This document shows, piece after piece, positions 12,591-26,089 of a DNA stretch of 64,000 bases. Under the pieces are notes generated by a model. That model was not told where the DNA came from and searched no databases. It was given only the letters and a program-made list of their open reading frames with translations. A program made the translations under genes and the position numbers. Origin of the DNA: Lama guanicoe (Eukaryota); contig MU056000.1 in assembly GCA_013239625.1 (NCBI GenBank), positions 7,851,214 through 7,915,213 on the forward strand. Reading direction: 5' to 3'. Positions within the stretch are counted from its first letter, which is position 1. Each line of letters opens with the position of its first letter.

Positions 12591-12874
12591 CTGCAACTCA
12601 TTACGCTCTCACCATCATTGCCTTATTTCTTTTCCTTGAACAACAAGATTGTTTGTAACTCACATCTCTTGGACTTACTGCTCTCTCAGTCTGGAACTTT
12701 CTTCTCTAGACCTTTCCAAGGCTGATCTGTCTTTCTGCTCACATGTTGCTTAAATGTGCTAAACTCGGAGAAGCTTTCTTGGATCAGTCTAAACAACCTT
12801 CCCAGACCCTTGCTACCCGATCTCCTACTTTAATTTTCAGCAGATAACTCATCACTAACTCATATTTCCCATAC

Positions 12875-13740
12875 TTTTTCTTTTTCCCTCCAGTTATACT
12901 GAGATATAATTGACATATAGCCCTCTACGAATTTTAAGGTGTATGGCATAACGATTTGACTTACGCACCTCAAGACATGATTATCACGATAGATTTAGTG
13001 AACCTCCATCATCTCATACAGATACAACATTAACAAAAGAGAAAAAATTTTTTTCCTTGTGATGAAAACTTGGAGGATTTAGTCTCTTAACCACTTTCAG
13101 ATATAATGTTCAGCAGTGTTAACCTTATCACGTTGTACATAAACTCCTGGTACTTATTTATCATATAATTGGACTTTTGTACCTTGTGACTGCCTTCATC
13201 CAGTTCCTCCTTCTCCTGTCCCCCACTTCCAGTAAGCACTAATCTGATCTCTTTCCCTATGAGTTTGTTTGGCTGTTTTTTTTTAACATTTTTTATTGAT
13301 TTATAATCATTTCACAATGTTTTGTCAAATTCCAGTGTAGAGCACAATTTTTCAATTATACATGAACATATATATTCATTGTCACATTCCTTTCTCTGTG
13401 AGCTACCATAAGATCTTGTATATATTTCCCTGTGCTGTACAGTATAACCTTGTTTATCTATTCTATAATTTTGAAATCCCTGTCTATTTGAAGTATAATT
13501 GACCTACAACACAGTGCTAGTTCCTTTTACACAACAGAGCGATTTGATATTTTTGTACATTTCAAAATGATCACCGTAAGTCTAGCTACCACCCACCTGT
13601 CACCATCCAAAGACAGTGCATAATTACTGACTGTGTTCCCCACACTGTACATTTCATACCTATGACTTTTTTGTAACGAAAAGTTTGTATCTCTTACTCT
13701 CCCTCACCTATTTCTTTCCTCCCTTCATTCCCCTCCCATG
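12875..13740 (-). mobile_element. Older L1 3' UTR (L1MA9/artiodactyl-type), interrupted by a younger L1
   Basis: 'ctgagatataattgacatatagc…ttttccttgtgatgaaaact'; resumes at 'tttgaagtataattgacctacaac' (~13487). Confidence 0.8.
13277..13486 (-). mobile_element. Younger (camelid-type) L1 3' end nested in the older L1
   Basis: T-tail then 'aacattttttattgatttataatcatttcacaatgttttgtcaaattccagtgtagagcacaatttttc'. Confidence 0.7.
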
Positions 13741-15317
13741 CTTTTTCATTACTTGGTCTTCTGTCATTTGCTCACTGCTCTCCCCTCAAACAAGGGCCCA
13801 GTGAAGAAATGAAAGCAAAGACCCTGTGTGAGTGGTCACAGCATGTGGAACACATACAGCACACAGAATATGCTCTGATGTGCATTCAGTGCTCACCAAA
13901 TGGGTGCTAAATGAATACAGGAATTAACTGGATGATGTGACCCTTAAGGATGATGTGTGCTCCAAGCAGTGACCATTTTTAAAGTATTATACTGCTAGCA
14001 AAATGAAGTAATGATCTGACAGAATACAACAGCAGATGCAAGATGTAATATTAAAGATAACAAATCCAAAGGAGAATACAAAAATGTTATTTACATGGGA
14101 GTATGACCCTTGACTCTATAGAAATTCTACTTTCAGTGAGTAGAGAAAAAATTTTATCACCAAAAGGCATTAATTAATCTAGTTAGAAGGTTTATTTTTA
14201 ATGTGTCATTTGGGTAATTTTCTTACATTAATTCCCTGATAATTCTACATTAGCCAAGGTAATACTAAAATTTTAATCAAAAAAAAAAAACTGGAATAAA
14301 CTGAATTCACAGTGGTATTCAGCAGCCATAACAAAGTAGCCCATTTATTCTTACCTGAAAGTAACATAAAAATATTTTAGTATTTTGGTTGATGGTCAAT
14401 AGCAAATTTTAATTTATCTGAGGAAAATATTCTAATTTCTTCCCAAATATAATCTGTAATAAAATTATTTTATAGCATCTTTCCCCTAATTATATGTATC
14501 TAATAGCTTTCCTTTATCAGGATAAAATTATTGCTGTTCCAAACATAATTTTGACAGTAGGTTTAGTTGAGAAGACATTTAAATAACTAATTATGTATAC
14601 TAAATATATTTAAAATATAGTTTATTTCAGGCACAGGATGGCTTTTTTCCTTGGGATTATCCATATTCATGAGCAGTAATTGGTTTACTAAAATTTCTTT
14701 AATAAAATCTTAATCACTTTCATTGGATCCTTTAGTTTGTTTTAATAGAGGGTAATTATGGGGTTTTCTTCCTAAAAGAGATAAAGACTATCTTAAAAAA
14801 AGAACTCACATTGTTAAAAAAAAGTATTTTAATAATTTCAAGTGTTAAATCATGATAAAATCAAACACTGCCTGGTGGATATGCAAGAATTTCCTATGAC
14901 CCCCTCATTTGCTTTTAGTTTTTAGACCTAAAACACAATCCCTGAACATGGCTCAAAACCAAAGAAAAATTGGGCTGAATTCATTTTAAATGAGTGCTTT
15001 AAATTTTCATCTTCAATTAATCAACTAATTAAAAATTACCTTACTGTAAATATAAATATTTATTTTAAACTATTCTATCACTTATCTTTTTCTTAGAATG
15101 AAAATTTGTGCACCTGTGGAAAGTACAGAAGAGAGAAGAATGCGGTAAACAAGTTTATCTTACAAAAATGTCAAGGTCCAGGCCTGGTAGGGGGTGGGAA
15201 TGGGATAGGCCTGGGGGGCTGCCATCACTACCTTCTCCATCCCCACTCAGTCCCACCTTGAGTCACGGGTGGGTAGAGAGTGGCTGATCAAAGTCTGGAG
15301 GCCCATGACACCCTGAG

Positions 15318-15460
15318 CGTGTACCGTGTGCATTTATGTGTGTGTGGATATGCACACATGCGAGTGTGTGCATGTGTGCCTATATGCATGTATGTACAAG
15401 TTGGCAAGTGTGTACATATATGCACAAGCATGTCTGGGTGTGTGTGCACACTGTACATAT
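15318..15460. repeat. Degenerate (TG)n/(CATG) low-complexity tract
   Basis: Direct observation. Confidence 0.8.
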
Positions 15461-15704
15461 GAGTATTTAGATGCATCACATAAACACTCTCAACCTGTCC
15501 CTGAGAAGTCATGACCCTCAAGGTGTGACTGTAGAATTAGGATTGTTTTGAGAATCCTTCTGGGCAGTATATGGGAGAGCCTCAAATAGATTCAAGCATC
15601 CCACGCACTTAATGCTTTTAAAAATAAAAGCATTGATCTGATTTGATGCTAAATTTTACCAAATTAGTTGGTAAAATTAGTTGTTGCTATAATAACGCAT
15701 AGTT

Positions 15705-16880
15705 CAAAGCAAGAATCAACAAGTGGGACTACATCGATCTAAAAGCTTCTGAACAACAAAAACAACAAAACGAAAGGGCAACCTATGAAATGGGAGAAGA
15801 TAGCTGCAAACCATGGACTGGATCAGGGGTTCACATCCACAGTGTACAAGGAAATTATACAACTCAATAACAAAAACTGAATAAACAATCCGATTAAAAA
15901 ATAAACAGAGTCGAACTGAGTAGACATTTTTCCAAAGAAGACACCCAAATAGACAACAGGTACATAAAAAGATGCTCAGCATCACTAATCATCAGGGAAA
16001 TGCAAAGTAAAGTCACAGTGAATTGCCTCATACCCGTTAGAATGGCCATCATCAAGAAGACAAGAGATAACAAGTGTTGGAGAAAAGGAAACTCTTGTGC
16101 ACTGTTGGCAGGAATGGAAGTTGGTACGGCCACTATCGTGAACAGTATGGAGGTTCCTCAAAAATTCAAAGCAGAACTACCATCTAATTCAGCAGTCCCA
16201 CCTCTGGGTTCACTGCCAAAGGAAGTGAAAGCAAGAGACAGGAAGGATACCTGCACTTGCATGTTCGTTGCAGTTTCTTCACAGCAGCCAAAATATAGAC
16301 ACAACCTAAGTTTCCATCAACAGATCAACTGATAACAAAGATGTGGTGTGTATATAAGATAGAATGTTATTCGCTCATGAGAAAGAAGGAAATTCTGCCA
16401 TTTGGACAACACGAATGGACTTCTGAGGGCATCGTGCTAAGTGAGGCAAGTCAGACACAGAAAGACAAATACTGTGTGCTGTCACTCATGTGGAATCTAA
16501 AAATACTGACCTCATAAAAACAGAGAATGGAATGGTGGTTACCTGGGGCTGGGGCTGGAGCTGGGGGACCTGGGGGGATGTTGTTTAAGGGTACAAACTT
16601 CCAAGCAGTGATTAAACAAGTTCTGGAGATCTGATGCAGAGCACGGTGCTTACAGCCAACACTGCTGTGTTATGAATTTCAAAGTTGCTAAGAGACTAGA
16701 TCTTAATTGTTCTCACCACAAAAAAGACAATAATTATGGGATATGGTAGAGGTATTAGCTAGCAGAAAGACAGTAATCAGTACAATATATAAATGTAACA
16801 AATCTACACACTGCACACCTTAAACTTACACAATGTTATAGGCCAATTATCTTCAATAAAAATATAAATTATTTTTTAAA
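15705..16880 (+). mobile_element. L1 (L1MA-like) ORF2 C-terminal remnant plus 3' UTR
   Basis: ORF 16000-16332 (…[17 protein letters not shown]…[13 protein letters not shown]…) resembles the L1 ORF2 C-terminus; typical 3' UTR ending 'cttcaataaaaa'. Confidence 0.9.
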
Positions 16881-18412
16881 AAGTGTGTTATGTAAATGCC
16901 ATTTTGAGAAGAGTGTTATTTCAGGAAATGGATGTGAAAGCCATTTTGTAATCCATGCAGAAGTGTTTGAAGACACATGCAATTAAAAAAAAAACACGTA
17001 ATAAAGATGGTTATGAGTGCATAAAAAAAGAAAACATTATTTTAATACTTAGTGCCCTGCAGCATAGGAAATTTTAAAGGGTAATTATATACATTAAGAG
17101 TATTGTACATGATATTGTTCCAGAAAATTAGAATCGAATGATGGATACCGTGACAGAGACTTACTGGATTTTATCAATAAAATGTAAGTATTTCCAGGAT
17201 ATATGGGGTGAAGAAAACTCTATTTGAACTTCTGCCTACTTTGTAAACTTTCTCTCAAGAGCAATTCGTTCTTTGACAATAAGTGATTGCAACACTCAAT
17301 TGATAAGAAATCTACATTGAGACCATTACAAATAATATAAAAAATTAAAAATGGGTAGTTCCTTAGGCCAAACCTCCTCCAGCTTTCTTTCTGAGGCCCT
17401 GGGAGTTGGCTGGCCAGAAGGAATGGCCTCTGAGTTCTCTTTAACATTCCAGGGCAGGAAACTGCAGTGACCTTGGGGCTGAGGTAAAGGTTAATCCTTT
17501 TAGAACCTGACCCACCGAATCCTTCGAAGTTGAGAGGCTCGCAGAGATGAAATGAAAGGGCCGCAGGGGCTGGTGAATGCGCGCGAGGAGCGGGTGGGAG
17601 AACTGAACCGTCAGAATGAATTACTGCAGACTGTCACCTACCATCATCACTTCTGCGCCACAAACAGAATTCTCTTCAAAATAATCACATAAACACAAAT
17701 GCTGAGATTCAAGCAGAATTATTCTTGCTCATTTTCAAAATATGTACAGACTTTGGTTAACTCCAGAACCAACAAAGAGCGGGCTATTCTTTACACTAGA
17801 AAGTAAATCAGATCTGTGCTACTACACACTAAATTCTGGTCTAAGCTGATTCATCCACCTGGGCCCCCCATGAAGTTCACAGACAACTTTGTTACAAGAT
17901 ACGGCCATCCACGCTAAGGCGTTGGTTTGGTCCAAAGCCAAAACTGATCCCAATAACACTCTGATATTTAAATTTTAGCACGGGCAGCATACATAAAAAG
18001 TTTAGATCCAGCTGGTATAGACTGAGTGTAAGCAAGAGCTCCACATTCACTTAAATTTTTGATGAGTAGCTGAAAAAAATGATCTTGGCTGTTGTTTCAG
18101 AGTCTGAGCTAATTTAATTTAAAATTAACTAATTTTACAGACAAAAGATAATGACATTTTTCTGAAGCAGGCTCAAGACTCAGGTGTGTCTATGATCTCT
18201 CTTTCCATTCTAAGTGGAGTCTGCAGATCCAAGTTTCTTTAGAATTCTTCTATGAAATGTTCCCAATAATGAAAGATCAGGCCAGATTCCAGGCATGGGA
18301 AATGAGGCTTGTTTCCAACTGGGACAAGGCAATGTAGCTCCTGTCCAAGAGTAGAGAAGCTTTTCCCATGGTAATTTTTTGAAAATTAAATCATAGTTGA
18401 AAATAGCTTTGA

Positions 18413-18971
18413 TGTAAAGCGTACTAGAATATGCCACCCCAAAGCATACCTCTTTGGTGCATGCATAATTTTGAGCACCAACAGAGGCAGGACAAGCTCT
18501 CAGTGCAGCACAAGTTTTCCTATTGGAAAGGAATTTGTATTTACAAAGGAAATTTCCATTGGTCAAGTCTCCCTCTCTGGTACCAGGAGGAGGAAATTCT
18601 TAACAACTCATCAATGGAGAAGGCACTGACTTAACTCTGCACAACAATCCTCAACATACATCCACTGTAACAAATCTTAACATGCAACCTTCGTTTACCA
18701 CGTTTCCTGGTCTCCTCCTCGTAACTTGCCTCCGCCTCCTGGAAGCCACACCCCTTTTCCTTTGTTAGCCTAAGATGGTATCTAAGCCCAAGGTCTACCC
18801 ATCTCTTCAGGTTATGCATCACTGGGCATCTCCCACGTGTATGTGTCATGTATGTATTAATAAATTTCTGTTTTGCTCTTATTAATCTGTCTTTTGCCTG
18901 CCTAAATTACGGGACCTCAGCTGGAGAATCTAAGATGGGCAAAGGAAAAAACATTTTTTTTCTCCTTTACA
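18413..18971 (+). mobile_element. Solo ERV1 LTR (MER34-like)
   Basis: TG…CA ends; 'agaatatgccaccccaaagcatacctctttgg'; AATAAA near 18859; ends 'ttctcctttaca'. Confidence 0.8.
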
Positions 18972-20439
18972 GATGTCAACATCTCATAGCAACCATCTGT
19001 GAAAGTCATGGGTTCACATCTGATCGCAGCATTTTGTAAATGAACCATGGAATTCTGTATTTTTCAATTCCCAAAGCTCAAGTTAGGAATATAAAATTGT
19101 GCTTGCTTGAAACTATAGCCTTCTGCAATGACCTTGGATAGGCCAGAACCTTGAAAAAAGTGTCACCAAGGTACCCAGGCTGAGTTTTGTAATCTCTGGA
19201 AACTGGCCCCGGGCCTCTTTTTCCAAAAGAGGCTGCAGTTAAAGATTAAGTCCTTTCTCCTGACAATTGTCATATTCCTACATGTGCCAATAAAAATGAG
19301 TTCTTATACTTTGGTTGTGTTTCTTGGCAGTTTTGTGCCACCAGATTACATGTGTCAAATAAAGTAGCTTAAATTTGTGCTTCATAAATGATTGAGGGGA
19401 GCGAAAAGGAGGGAGGGAGAAAAAGATAGACAGACAGTATGTATCCGTGTGTCTGTGTGTGTGTGCTTGATTGTGTGTGCGTGCACGTAGGGAGAGCAAT
19501 TTAAAGACAAATATTTTCATTATATAATGATTAAAAACAAAAGTGTGGGGGTTAAACCACCATAACGTCTCATCCTGGCTTAGATGACACTGGGATAGAC
19601 TCTTCTAACTGCCTGCTCCAGGAAGTACTTGCCTCTGGGAGTTCAGACTCTGAACTCATCAGCTTATTTACCAAAAGTAATAGCTTGCTCACCAAAACTT
19701 ACCCCAAGACCCTGGACCCACCGTGCCACCAGTCCAGAGCTGTTGTGTTACAAATTCTGCCCAACCCCACTGGCTCCACCTTACAGTACACACCTTCAAA
19801 TCACCCAGCCAAGGACCTGAGGCCCCATCGATGCTCTGCCCAGTTATTCCTTTGGACACTTGCCAGGTAGCGCTCTCCTTTACTGCAGTACGTCTAAGAC
19901 ACTTAGCTTTCTTTGCTTAATCAACAGGTTTTTCCAGTGGCCTTTGAGGAAGCTGACAGGTGACAAGCCACGCCCATGTACATTACTAAAAAAAATGAGT
20001 AGATAGTTAATTTCATCTTCAGTAAACATGGAGGCTGGCAAATGCCTAAGTCTGCAGGGCATCCATGGGCCATAAAGTCACGACTTGATGGGAGTGGACG
20101 ACAACAGGTGTTACACTGCTTGCAGCTCTATTAAGTACTTACTATAACCCAGAGGTTACACAGCCCATGCTCTTCTTGGTGGCCCCAGGCTGCCATCCCA
20201 AATATTCTGGGCTAAGAGTGAGGAGGCAAATATGAAATTATACAGCCTTGTACACAGATAGGGATGACATCGCCTTGGCGATGTTTTTACACTACAGGTA
20301 GCGCCTCATTCTCCTATGGGAGGCAACATAAGGACTCAGACTGAGTTGTGGGAACATCCTTAGTTAAGAATCTCTGGAAAGGGGACAGCTGGGGACACTC
20401 ACCTACACAGAGCCGATTTAAAGCAGACCCTTGATATGC

Positions 20440-20680
20440 AGAACAAACTAGTGGTCACCAGTAGGGATAGGGAAGTGGAGAGGGGAGTGCAGGCGTAGCG
20501 GAGTACGAGGTACAAACTATTAGCTATAAAATAAGCTGTAAGGATACACTGTACAACACGGGGAATACAGCCAATATCTCATAATAACTATAAATGGAGT
20601 ATAACCTTTAAAAATTGTGAACCACTATGCTGTACACTGTAACTTATATAACACTGTACATCAACTATAATAAAATTTTT
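20440..20680 (+). mobile_element. 5'-truncated L1 3' end
   Basis: 'agaacaaactagtggtcaccagtaggg…gaggtacaaactattagctataaaataagct…catcaactata'. Confidence 0.85.
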
Positions 20681-21679
20681 TAAGAAGTACACCCTTAGTT
20701 CCTATGACTCTCAAAGAAAAGCAGTCTTGATGAAGACATGGATGGCAGAGTGAAAACAGAGAGCGCTGGGAATCAGAGACTGGAGTTTTCATTCAGCTCT
20801 CACACAACTAGGATTAAACAGAATTTAGCTTTTAGGAGGCCCTCAAAAGGGGCATTACTGAATGGATGAATAATCGAAAGAATGAACAAGTACATTAATG
20901 AAGTTACTGGGTTGTGGCGGTGCTTAAGCACAAGGATCTCAAATTTTACAGAGCACGGCTGAGCCAGGCATCCCAAACAAGATCACATTGAAAAAGCAAT
21001 GAGAATAACAGCCAAAAATATCTGCCACTGTTGAATTCTTCTTATATGGTAGGGTCTTTATTAGTTACCCTGTGTGTTATTAACTCGGAGAAACCCTCAA
21101 CCAATTGCATTTTACAGATGAGGAAACAGATACAGAGAAGGTGAGTCCCTCTTCTACTGGCACTGCCCTTGAAGGTGAAAGTGAAGGTCAGGCAAGAGTG
21201 TGACCGTTATGCATACGAACAATCAGACCAACGTCAGGCACATAAATCTGCTCCTTGAAACTGGAGAGCGGCGATGTGGCTTGCAGTCCTTTGAAGCAGA
21301 ACACAGGAACACAAGAGAATGTTTTCCTTTTCATCTTTTGCCAGTTTCTTTTTAGCCTCAGGTCATGGAACTTGAGAAATTTCAAGAAGTCATTTGAGTT
21401 CACAGAATGAAGAACATTCAGTTTTGAAACAACTTTTACAAATAATTTTTCTTGCAAACACTTAATTCTGCGGACCTCTACTAAAAATATACACAGCTAC
21501 AATCTTCCATGGAAAATACTGAAGAAAAAAAAAATCAGATTGAGATGAAGGCTAATTTAAAACTCAATCCTTCCTCTGTCCACATCATTAATTTTAAAAC
21601 TAGGTCTTATTTTCAGTCAAGTCAAAATCGTCTGACATGGTTGCTCCATTGTCATAATACTACTGGTCATCACAAGCCC

Positions 21680-21870
21680 TCATTTACTGAGCCATTACCA
21701 GGTCACGTGGACTGTTTTATTAAATCCTTACCCCAAGCCTGGGACAGAGGTACTGCAATTGATTTCATTTAACAGATTCACAACGAAAGATATAAGAGGT
21801 TACAAAAATCCCCCAGGACAGGTAACAAACAAGAGAGACAGAGCTGGAATATAAACACATGCTCTCATGC
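21680..21870 (-). mobile_element. MIR SINE fragment
   Basis: 'catttactgagcc…ccagg…ttcatttaacagat…gacagagctggaat'. Confidence 0.5.
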
Positions 21871-23510
21871 TCCAAATTATCTTGCTCTTAGAAACATTCC
21901 GTTCAGAGGTTATTCTTCATGGAAAATACGATGACAGTGAATTAGAACATTAAGACTCACTTACAATCTCTGATGATCATCCTCATATTTGTATTTCTGT
22001 GTTTCATTTCCATAACTCCAAGTTTGAACATTTATTATTGTATTTTTTCCTTCCAACATATTTTCTTCTCTCTCATATTCCTCAAGATAACCTACTACCC
22101 AAACCAGAGACTGGGGAAAGTATGCTTTTCTTTGTGTCATTTCTACAGTTTTAATTTTTCAGCAGGCATTCTGAGCGCCTACAAACAACGTATTGCTAGG
22201 CACTATGGACCGTATCTAGTAAATTAATCAGAATCTACTTGGGGAGATAAAATGTATACTTGCCCAATGAAAAATAAAATTTACATTATACAGTGTTCTG
22301 TATGATGACTATGAACTGTCAGAGATGGTGTGCCATGAAAATTCAGGTAACAAAAAATCACCAGGGGAAGGAATCACAGAGACTATAGTGGGGGTGGCCC
22401 TTGAGGGATGAGAACAGGCAGCCAGGTGTCCAGAAAGAAAGAGAAAATCCTTACAGACATGAATGGGTAACAGATGATGATGTCAATGTCCATGGTAGAC
22501 ATCCACTAAAATGTCAGCCAAGTAAAAAAACACATTATTCAGCAATTAAATGGATACTTAATATTTAGACAATCATAGTCTTACATCAGAATAATAGCTG
22601 TCATGCTATCCCACGGGGAAATTAAGAAGAACATCCATGCACAGTCTCCATCTTTGGAAATTCTGATATAAGTGGTCTCACGTGGGCCCTGCACCAGCAT
22701 TTTTTTTTAAGTAGCCAGAGTGAAGAACCACTGGAAGTTACTGTATCTTTGTCTTGGTGGGTTTAACTGAGTGAAGGTCAGTTTCTCCCATGATGACTTC
22801 TCTCTGATGAACACAGAAAAACTACCAGCTATGACTAAAGGAAACTGAATAATGAGTTTCACGAGATGTTTGTACTTTACACCATCGTGACCCAGCAGAG
22901 TGATTCACTTCTTTATTTGCTCATTCATTTGATTATTCATTTATTCAATAAACAAAAATATTCTTTGTCCAGGAAGAAATGTTTCGAGCCTTAGAACGAG
23001 CAAGGCACCTAAGAATCCAGTTCTACAAACGTTCAGCAGTTTGGGGGCAGTTCCCCTGCAGAGCTGGGGACACAGCGATGAAAATGGGACGGCAGATGTC
23101 TCACGTGTCCAGGAGCTTTGGCGGACCTACCGAGACTAGGACGTTAAAAGGCCTCACAAAAGTCACATCAGACAGAGAGGACATCCCGTTCAGGGAAGAC
23201 AAGGAAGGTCCGCGTGCCTGGAGAGTTGTGCGGGGCGTGTAAGAGGCGCTCCATTTCCTCCCTCCGCAATGAGTGATTTTCAGAAAGGATGGCGTTGTTG
23301 ATGTCAAGACTCTGAGAGGAGAGTGGGATGTAGGTGCTCCATGTTTAGGATCCAAGGAAAATCCTAGCGCTTTTGTTTTTTAAGCATCTAGATAGGAACA
23401 GTGATGTTCAATTACAAAGTCACTTTCCTATCAGCTCCGTATCTACAGCATTTTGACATCTAACGCTGTCTAGTCAGGACTCACACTGCTGTGTAAAAAA
23501 ACCAGGATAC

Positions 23511-23720
23511 ATCAGGAGTTTGGGATTAGCAGATACAAACTACTATATACAGAACAGATAAACAACAAGGTCCTACCATATAGCACAGGGGAAAATATTC
23601 AATAGCTTGTAATAACCTACAATGAAAAAGAAACTACACATGTATAACTGAATCACTATGCTGTACACCAGAAACTAACACAACATTGTAAATCAAGTAA
23701 ACTTGAATTAAAAAAAAAAT
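23511..23720 (+). mobile_element. 5'-truncated L1 3' end (artiodactyl-type)
   Basis: 'ggagtttgggattagcagatacaaactactatata…tgtataactgaatcactatgctgtacaccagaaactaacac' plus A-tail. Confidence 0.88.
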
Positions 23721-24314
23721 CAAGTGTGCCCTTGTGTCGAAGCTCCCAAACACTCCTGCCCAGGAACACACAGCCGGGTTCAGCCAATGGAGGAATCTGT
23801 GGGAGGCCAGAAGGCACGAGGAGAGAGAGCTGGCGTGTTTCTGCTTCCCCTGCACCCCCTCCTTGGTTCTGCCCATAGGGCTGAGACCCTTAGTGGCTAC
23901 AGCACCCCCACTCCAAGGCTCCTGATCTTCTGGGATCTAGAAACACCATTTCCTCCCACTGTTCCTACAGATGACAGCTGCCTGGCCATCCCAGGCTCAG
24001 CCCCTTGCCCTGCCCACACCTTGGAAAAGGGTCCCTCCAGGCAAGTCTCTCCAGCATCCTCGTTGAATGGACCCCATGTGTCCTACTGGTGCCCTGACGA
24101 GAGCATGCGGGGAGGGGGCATATACTAAAAAGGGCCTTGGACGCCGTGGTCAGAAGTTTCTGTTTTATCAGTAAGTGCAGAGGGACATCATTTAGCAGGT
24201 AACTGTCACAACTAGATCTTTGTTTTTACGTTTCCCTCCTTCTGGTGCATCTACAGCACTAAAAAACAAAGTACAACATAAATTCCCAGTCACTCAGCTA
24301 CTGGAGTACCTTTT

Positions 24315-24470
24315 TAAAAAACTTTTTTTAAAATTAGTAAGATGAAAATGACATAACATAAAAGTAACCAGTTTAAAGTATACACATCAGTGGCATTTAG
24401 TGCATTCACAATGATGCGCGACCATCACCTCGATCTAGTCCAAAACACTTCCATCACCCCAAAAGGACAG
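24315..24470 (-). mobile_element. L1MB-like 3' end
   Basis: 'tttaaagtatacacatcagtggcatttagtgcattcacaatgatgcgcgaccatcacc'. Confidence 0.7.
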
Positions 24471-24489
24471 CTGGTTTTTCAAGACCATT

Positions 24490-25020
24490 CTGGAAGTTTT
24501 CAGCACAGAATGGGCTGAAATGAGGTAAGGAGTGAGCAGGCCGGTTAGAAGGCTACTTCGATTCCCAGGGGCGAAATGATCAGGTCAGCAGAGATGGAAG
24601 CAGTCAGGTCTGACTTACAATGTCTGGCCTGGCAGATGGACTGGGCGTAGGGGCCGATGAAATGGAGAGGTCCTGGCCTTGTGCAACAGAGGTGAGGAGG
24701 ACTGGAGGAAAAAGAGGACTGGAGAGAAACTGTGGATTGCAGTCTGGGATGTGTTAACTGTGAGATGCCAATTAGATACCCAACAGAGATGTCAAGAGGC
24801 AGCTGGATGCACGAGTCTGGAGCCTAGCCCTCGAGAGATAAATTTAGCGCCGCCTGCGGTTAGATGGTATTTAAAACTGTGGGACTGGATGGAGTCACAG
24901 AAATAGAGTTCAGAATAAAGAACCAAAAGCCCAGGGCTGGTCCTAAGCACGCCTGCATTTAGAATCTGGTGGCGAAGGCTTTTTGGCAGGAAGAAGAAAA
25001 GCACTACGAAAAACACAGCG
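24490..25020 (-). mobile_element. L2 LINE fragment
   Basis: 'gtgagatgccaattagatacccaac…gtcaagaggcagctggatgcacgagtctggagc…gatggtatttaaaac'. Confidence 0.7.
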
Positions 25021-25070
25021 GCACAGACTGTTAATGGTGGGAAACGCTTCTCCTGAGTCTGAGCAGATAC

Positions 25071-25198
25071 CTTTTTTTGTTAGTTGCTGAGTTGTTTGTT
25101 TGTTTGTTTGTTTTAATGGAGGCACTGGGGATTGAACCAGGACCTCGTGCACGCTAAGCATGCACTCTGCCACTGAGCTATACCCACTGCCCCGCCCC
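25071..25198 (-). mobile_element. tRNA-derived camelid SINE (Vic-1-like)
   Basis: Minus strand GGGTATAGCTCAGTGGCAGAGTGCATGCTTAGCGTGCACGAGGTCCTGGTTCAATCCCCAGTGCCTCC with Pol III A/B boxes, followed by an (AAAC)n and A-rich tail. Confidence 0.85.
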
Positions 25199-26089
25199 GA
25201 GCTTTTTTTTTTAAATCACAGGGACTCTGAAAGTTCAAGTTCTTTTATTATCCGCATTCATGAAAAACTGAGCTGCCGTTCTCATTTAAAAGCATCTGTT
25301 TTAGGCCCATCAGTGGGTTGATTGAGGACAAATGAAAACGAGTTATCCAGCTGATCCTTACAGCATGTATTCAGTGACTATAAGCAGAACAAATGACGTG
25401 AGGGGATAAAATCACTTATTTTAGGTATTTCCCGAATCAAAGCAGCAGCCACAGAACCAGAGTGCGGCAAAGCGTGCATAACGGCAAGGCCTCTATTATG
25501 ATTGGAATGTAAAATGTAATAGGATTTTCAGAAAACAATTTAGGCAAAGTGACAATCTTGCTTACTGAAATGCTATGTGACATTCAGCATTACTCCTTCA
25601 GGTAAAATTACAAAATTGATAAAATGACTTTTAGAGCTATTGTTGAATATGCTGCACAAATGTAATGCATTTATCTGTTGACTAAGCCTCAGGTTAGTAC
25701 AAAAACGACACCGTTTCCTGAGAATTGAAGGCGACTTTCAATGAGTCATTAAGCTAAAACTTGGGATTTTCTACACTTTGTCTGTTTCGAACCAAATTTT
25801 AGAATACGTCTATTTTTGTTTGATATTAGCGGTATCTCTGCATGGATACAGAGTAAAAAACTGAACTCCCTTTTACAGGATAGTTAATTTCTATCAGATT
25901 TTAATTTCCCCCAAAGTGCATGTTTTGCTATATACTTTTGGTATATAAGGTTTTCTAAGATAATAATAATGTTATTTTTCTGATTATAAAATTAACACAG
26001 AATAACCATAAAATCGTCAGTCTATTAAAAAAAGATGAAGGAGAAGTGGGGGGGAAGACAAGAAACCCACGAGAGATAATCATGTTTGA

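Noticed and set aside
16000..16332. 110-aa ORF as a gene
   Set aside because: Decayed L1 ORF2 fragment.
25118..25192. tRNA gene
   Set aside because: Imperfect stems, a SINE-type tail and a match to the Vic-1-like head indicate a SINE.
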